Source of the DNA: an uncultured Actinomycetes bacterium
Lineage (GTDB): Bacteria; Actinomycetota; Actinomycetes; Mycobacteriales; SCTD01
Assembly (NCBI GenBank): GCA_963784675.1
Contig: CAWASE010000001.1
Span: 28,449-92,448 of the forward strand
Reading direction: 5' to 3'
Length of the DNA: 64,000 bases
The notes under the pieces are model-generated. The model ran no database searches and had not been told where the DNA came from. It saw nothing but the letters and a program-made list of their open reading frames with translations. Shown piece after piece: positions 62,034-64,000 of this stretch; positions within the stretch are counted from its first letter, which is position 1, and each line of letters begins with the position of its first letter. Both the position numbers and the translations under genes were made by a program.

Positions 62034-63203
62034 GTGGAGCTGACCCGTTGGGACGTCGCCGTCGTCGGCGCGGGACCTGCAGGTGCCGCCGCCGCGCTCT
62101 CCGCGGCCCGCGCCGGCGCGCGGACGCTGCTGCTGGAGCGCGAGCCGCTCCCCCGTTACAAGCGCTGCGGCGGCGGGCTGATCGGCGCCTCGCAGGCCGC
62201 CGTCGCCGCGGTGGGGCTCGACCTGGGCCCGTTGGCCCTGGACACCGTCGGCCGCCTGTCCTTCACCTACCGCGGGCGGGCCGGCTTCGAGCGGCGGACC
62301 GAGCCGTTCCTGCCGATGATCCTGCGCAGCAGCCTGGACCAGGCGCTGGTCGCGCTGGCGCTGGAGGCGGGCGTCGAGCTGCGTACGACCACCGTCACGG
62401 GCTACGAGCAGGACGCTGCCGGGGTCAGGCTGAGCACGCGGGACGGTGTCCTGCACGCCGGTGCCGTCGTCGGCGCAGACGGGTCCGGCAGCCGGGCGGC
62501 GACCCATGTCGGCGTCGTCTGCGACCAGGTCGACCTCGGCATGGAGGCCGAGCTGCCCACCCCCGCAGGCGCGGACTGGGCCGGGCACGTGCGCCTGGAC
62601 TGGGGCCCGGTCCCGGGCTCCTACGGCTGGGTGTTCCCCAAGGGCGACACGCTCACCGTCGGCGTCATCGGCGCGCGCGACCACGGCGCCGCGGTGAAGG
62701 AGTACTACCGCTCGTTCGTGGCCTCGCTCGGGCTGGACCGGCGCACCGCGCACCACGACGGCGGGCACCTGACCCGGGTCCGGGCCGCGGGCTCGCCGCT
62801 GTCCCGCGGCCGGGTGCTGGTCGCCGGTGACGCCGCCGGGCTGCTGGAACCCTGGACCAGGGAAGGCATCTCGTTCGCGCTGCGGTCCGGTGCGCTGGCG
62901 GGGGCCGCCGCGGCCGGCGACCTCGCCGGCTATCCGGCGGCGGTCGAGCGGGTGCTCGGACCGGAGATGGCCGGCGGGCGGCGCGCCCTGGCGGCGTTCA
63001 CCGCACACCCGCGCGCCGTGCACGAGGTGCTGCGCCGCGCGCCGGGCTGGGTGCGCGGCCGCCGCGGCGCGCAGCACCCGGGCGACCGGCAGCGCTACGC
63101 GATGTGGGACCTGTTCGTCCGGCTCGTCGGTGGCGAGACCACGCTCGCCGAGCAGCTCGACCGGCGACGCGTGGACCTGCTGGTCCGCGCGCTCGGCGCC
63201 TGA
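62034..63203 (+). CDS. Geranylgeranyl reductase family FAD-dependent oxidoreductase
   Basis: WDVAVVGAGPAGAAAALSAARAGARTLLLERE...CGGGL...VVGADGSGS...VLVAGDAAGLLEPWTREGI. Confidence 0.75.
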   Translation: MELTRWDVAVVGAGPAGAAAALSAARAGARTLLLEREPLPRYKRCGGGLIGASQAAVAAVGLDLGPLALDTVGRLSFTYRGRAGFERRTEPFLPMILRSSLDQALVALALEAGVELRTTTVTGYEQDAAGVRLSTRDGVLHAGAVVGADGSGSRAATHVGVVCDQVDLGMEAELPTPAGADWAGHVRLDWGPVPGSYGWVFPKGDTLTVGVIGARDHGAAVKEYYRSFVASLGLDRRTAHHDGGHLTRVRAAGSPLSRGRVLVAGDAAGLLEPWTREGISFALRSGALAGAAAAGDLAGYPAAVERVLGPEMAGGRRALAAFTAHPRAVHEVLRRAPGWVRGRRGAQHPGDRQRYAMWDLFVRLVGGETTLAEQLDRRRVDLLVRALGA

Positions 63204-63242
63204 CCCCCGGACCGGCGCGCGGACGTCGACCGCTGCCGGCCT

Positions 63243-64000
63243 TCAGGCGCCGAACTCGGCACGGAGCGCAGGGCCGTGCTCGTCCAGCACGGGCGCGGCC
63301 GCCCGCTCGAGCGGGTCGGGATAGCCGCTGGCCTTGACCGGGTTGCCCGGACCCGGCAGGCCCCCCGCCTGGACCTTCATCCGCCGGACCGCCGTCTGCT
63401 CGCTGCCCACCGCCTCCGCGACGGTGCTGATCGGCCCGCAGGGCACCCCCGCCAGGTCGAGCTCGCCCAGCCAGTGGTCGGCCTCGCGCGTACGCAGGAC
63501 CGCTTCGAGCTCGTCCTTGAGCGCTGCCCTCGCCAGGTGCCGGTCGGAGTTCGTGCGGAACCGAGGGTCGGCGGCGAGCCCCGGGACGCCCAGGGCCGTG
63601 GCCAGCACCGCGAACAGGGTGTCGTTGGCCGCGCACACGGTGATCTCGCGGTCGGCGCAGGCGAAGGTGTCGAACGGCGCGATGGCGAAGTGGGCGTTGC
63701 CGATCGGGGCGGGGTCGACGCCGGTGGCGAGCCACGACAGCGCGGCGCCCTCCAGCAGGCTGACGGTCGCGTCGTACATGGCGATGTCCAGGTGGGTGCC
63801 GCGCCCGTGCGTGGCGCGGCCGAGCAGCGCGCTGGTGATGCCGCCGAACGCGTACAGCCCCGCGGCGAGGTCCGCGACCGGGATGCCGGGCTTGACGGCA
63901 CCTGTTGTGCCCTCGGCGCCGGTGACCGCCATGATCCCGCTCATCGACTGCACGACGGCGTCGTACGCGGGCCGCTGCGACCACGGGCCGGTGTGGCCGA
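63243..64000 (-). CDS. CaiB/BaiF-family CoA transferase (N-terminal part outside the window)
   Basis: ...PAYDAVVQSMSGIMAVTGAEG...PVADLAAGLYAFGGITSAL. The frame stays open to the window end. Confidence 0.8.
   Translation of the reverse strand, partial: GHTGPWSQRPAYDAVVQSMSGIMAVTGAEGTTGAVKPGIPVADLAAGLYAFGGITSALLGRATHGRGTHLDIAMYDATVSLLEGAALSWLATGVDPAPIGNAHFAIAPFDTFACADREITVCAANDTLFAVLATALGVPGLAADPRFRTNSDRHLARAALKDELEAVLRTREADHWLGELDLAGVPCGPISTVAEAVGSEQTAVRRMKVQAGGLPGPGNPVKASGYPDPLERAAAPVLDEHGPALRAEFGA

Overview
This is a 64-kb window of a very high-GC (about 72-74% by eye) actinobacterial chromosome. I support about 60 protein-coding genes on both strands. I found no rRNA or tRNA genes, no CRISPR array, and no transposase or integrase. 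All domain and family names come from reading the translations and recalling motifs; no HMM or BLAST search was run. CDS ends include the stop codon, and starts are inferred and may be off by a few codons.

The backbone is conserved actinobacterial core synteny. It runs rnd ... dxs; glpD-TetR divergent from FAD oxidase-dagK; NfeD-SPFH; trmB; RNA methyltransferase-APC permease-trkA-trkA-DUF3159-OB fold-DUF3710-dut-SDR-DUF3093 ... DUF4193; glgC/glgA; and paired acyl-CoA dehydrogenases. From memory, this matches the order around Rv2681-Rv2699c, Rv2249c-Rv2252 and Rv1212c/Rv1213 of M. tuberculosis.

The accessory and unusual content is:
1. A translationally coupled three-gene module (43028-47949) encodes exported proteins. 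Two of them are enzymes with sortase sorting signals: a GDPD fusion ending in LPATG, and a Tat-signal flavin amine oxidase ending in LAATG.
2. Two unrelated DUF222/HNH endonuclease genes are present. One sits behind a perfect LexA SOS box that overlaps a leaderless-type promoter and an ATG. The other has foreign G-ending codon usage.
3. A secreted protein carries three tandem repeats and a degenerate DUF1524 nuclease-like domain.
4. TetR-type palindromic operators lie in two divergent promoter regions.
5. In-frame 15-bp tandem duplications recur at gene ends.
6. At least seven genes can only be read end to end after 1-nt frame corrections: dagK, RNA methyltransferase, the second trkA, an MFS transporter, the amine oxidase, an SGNH hydrolase and the second HNH gene. 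This is either indel error in the assembly or real pseudogenisation, and the sequence alone cannot decide between them.
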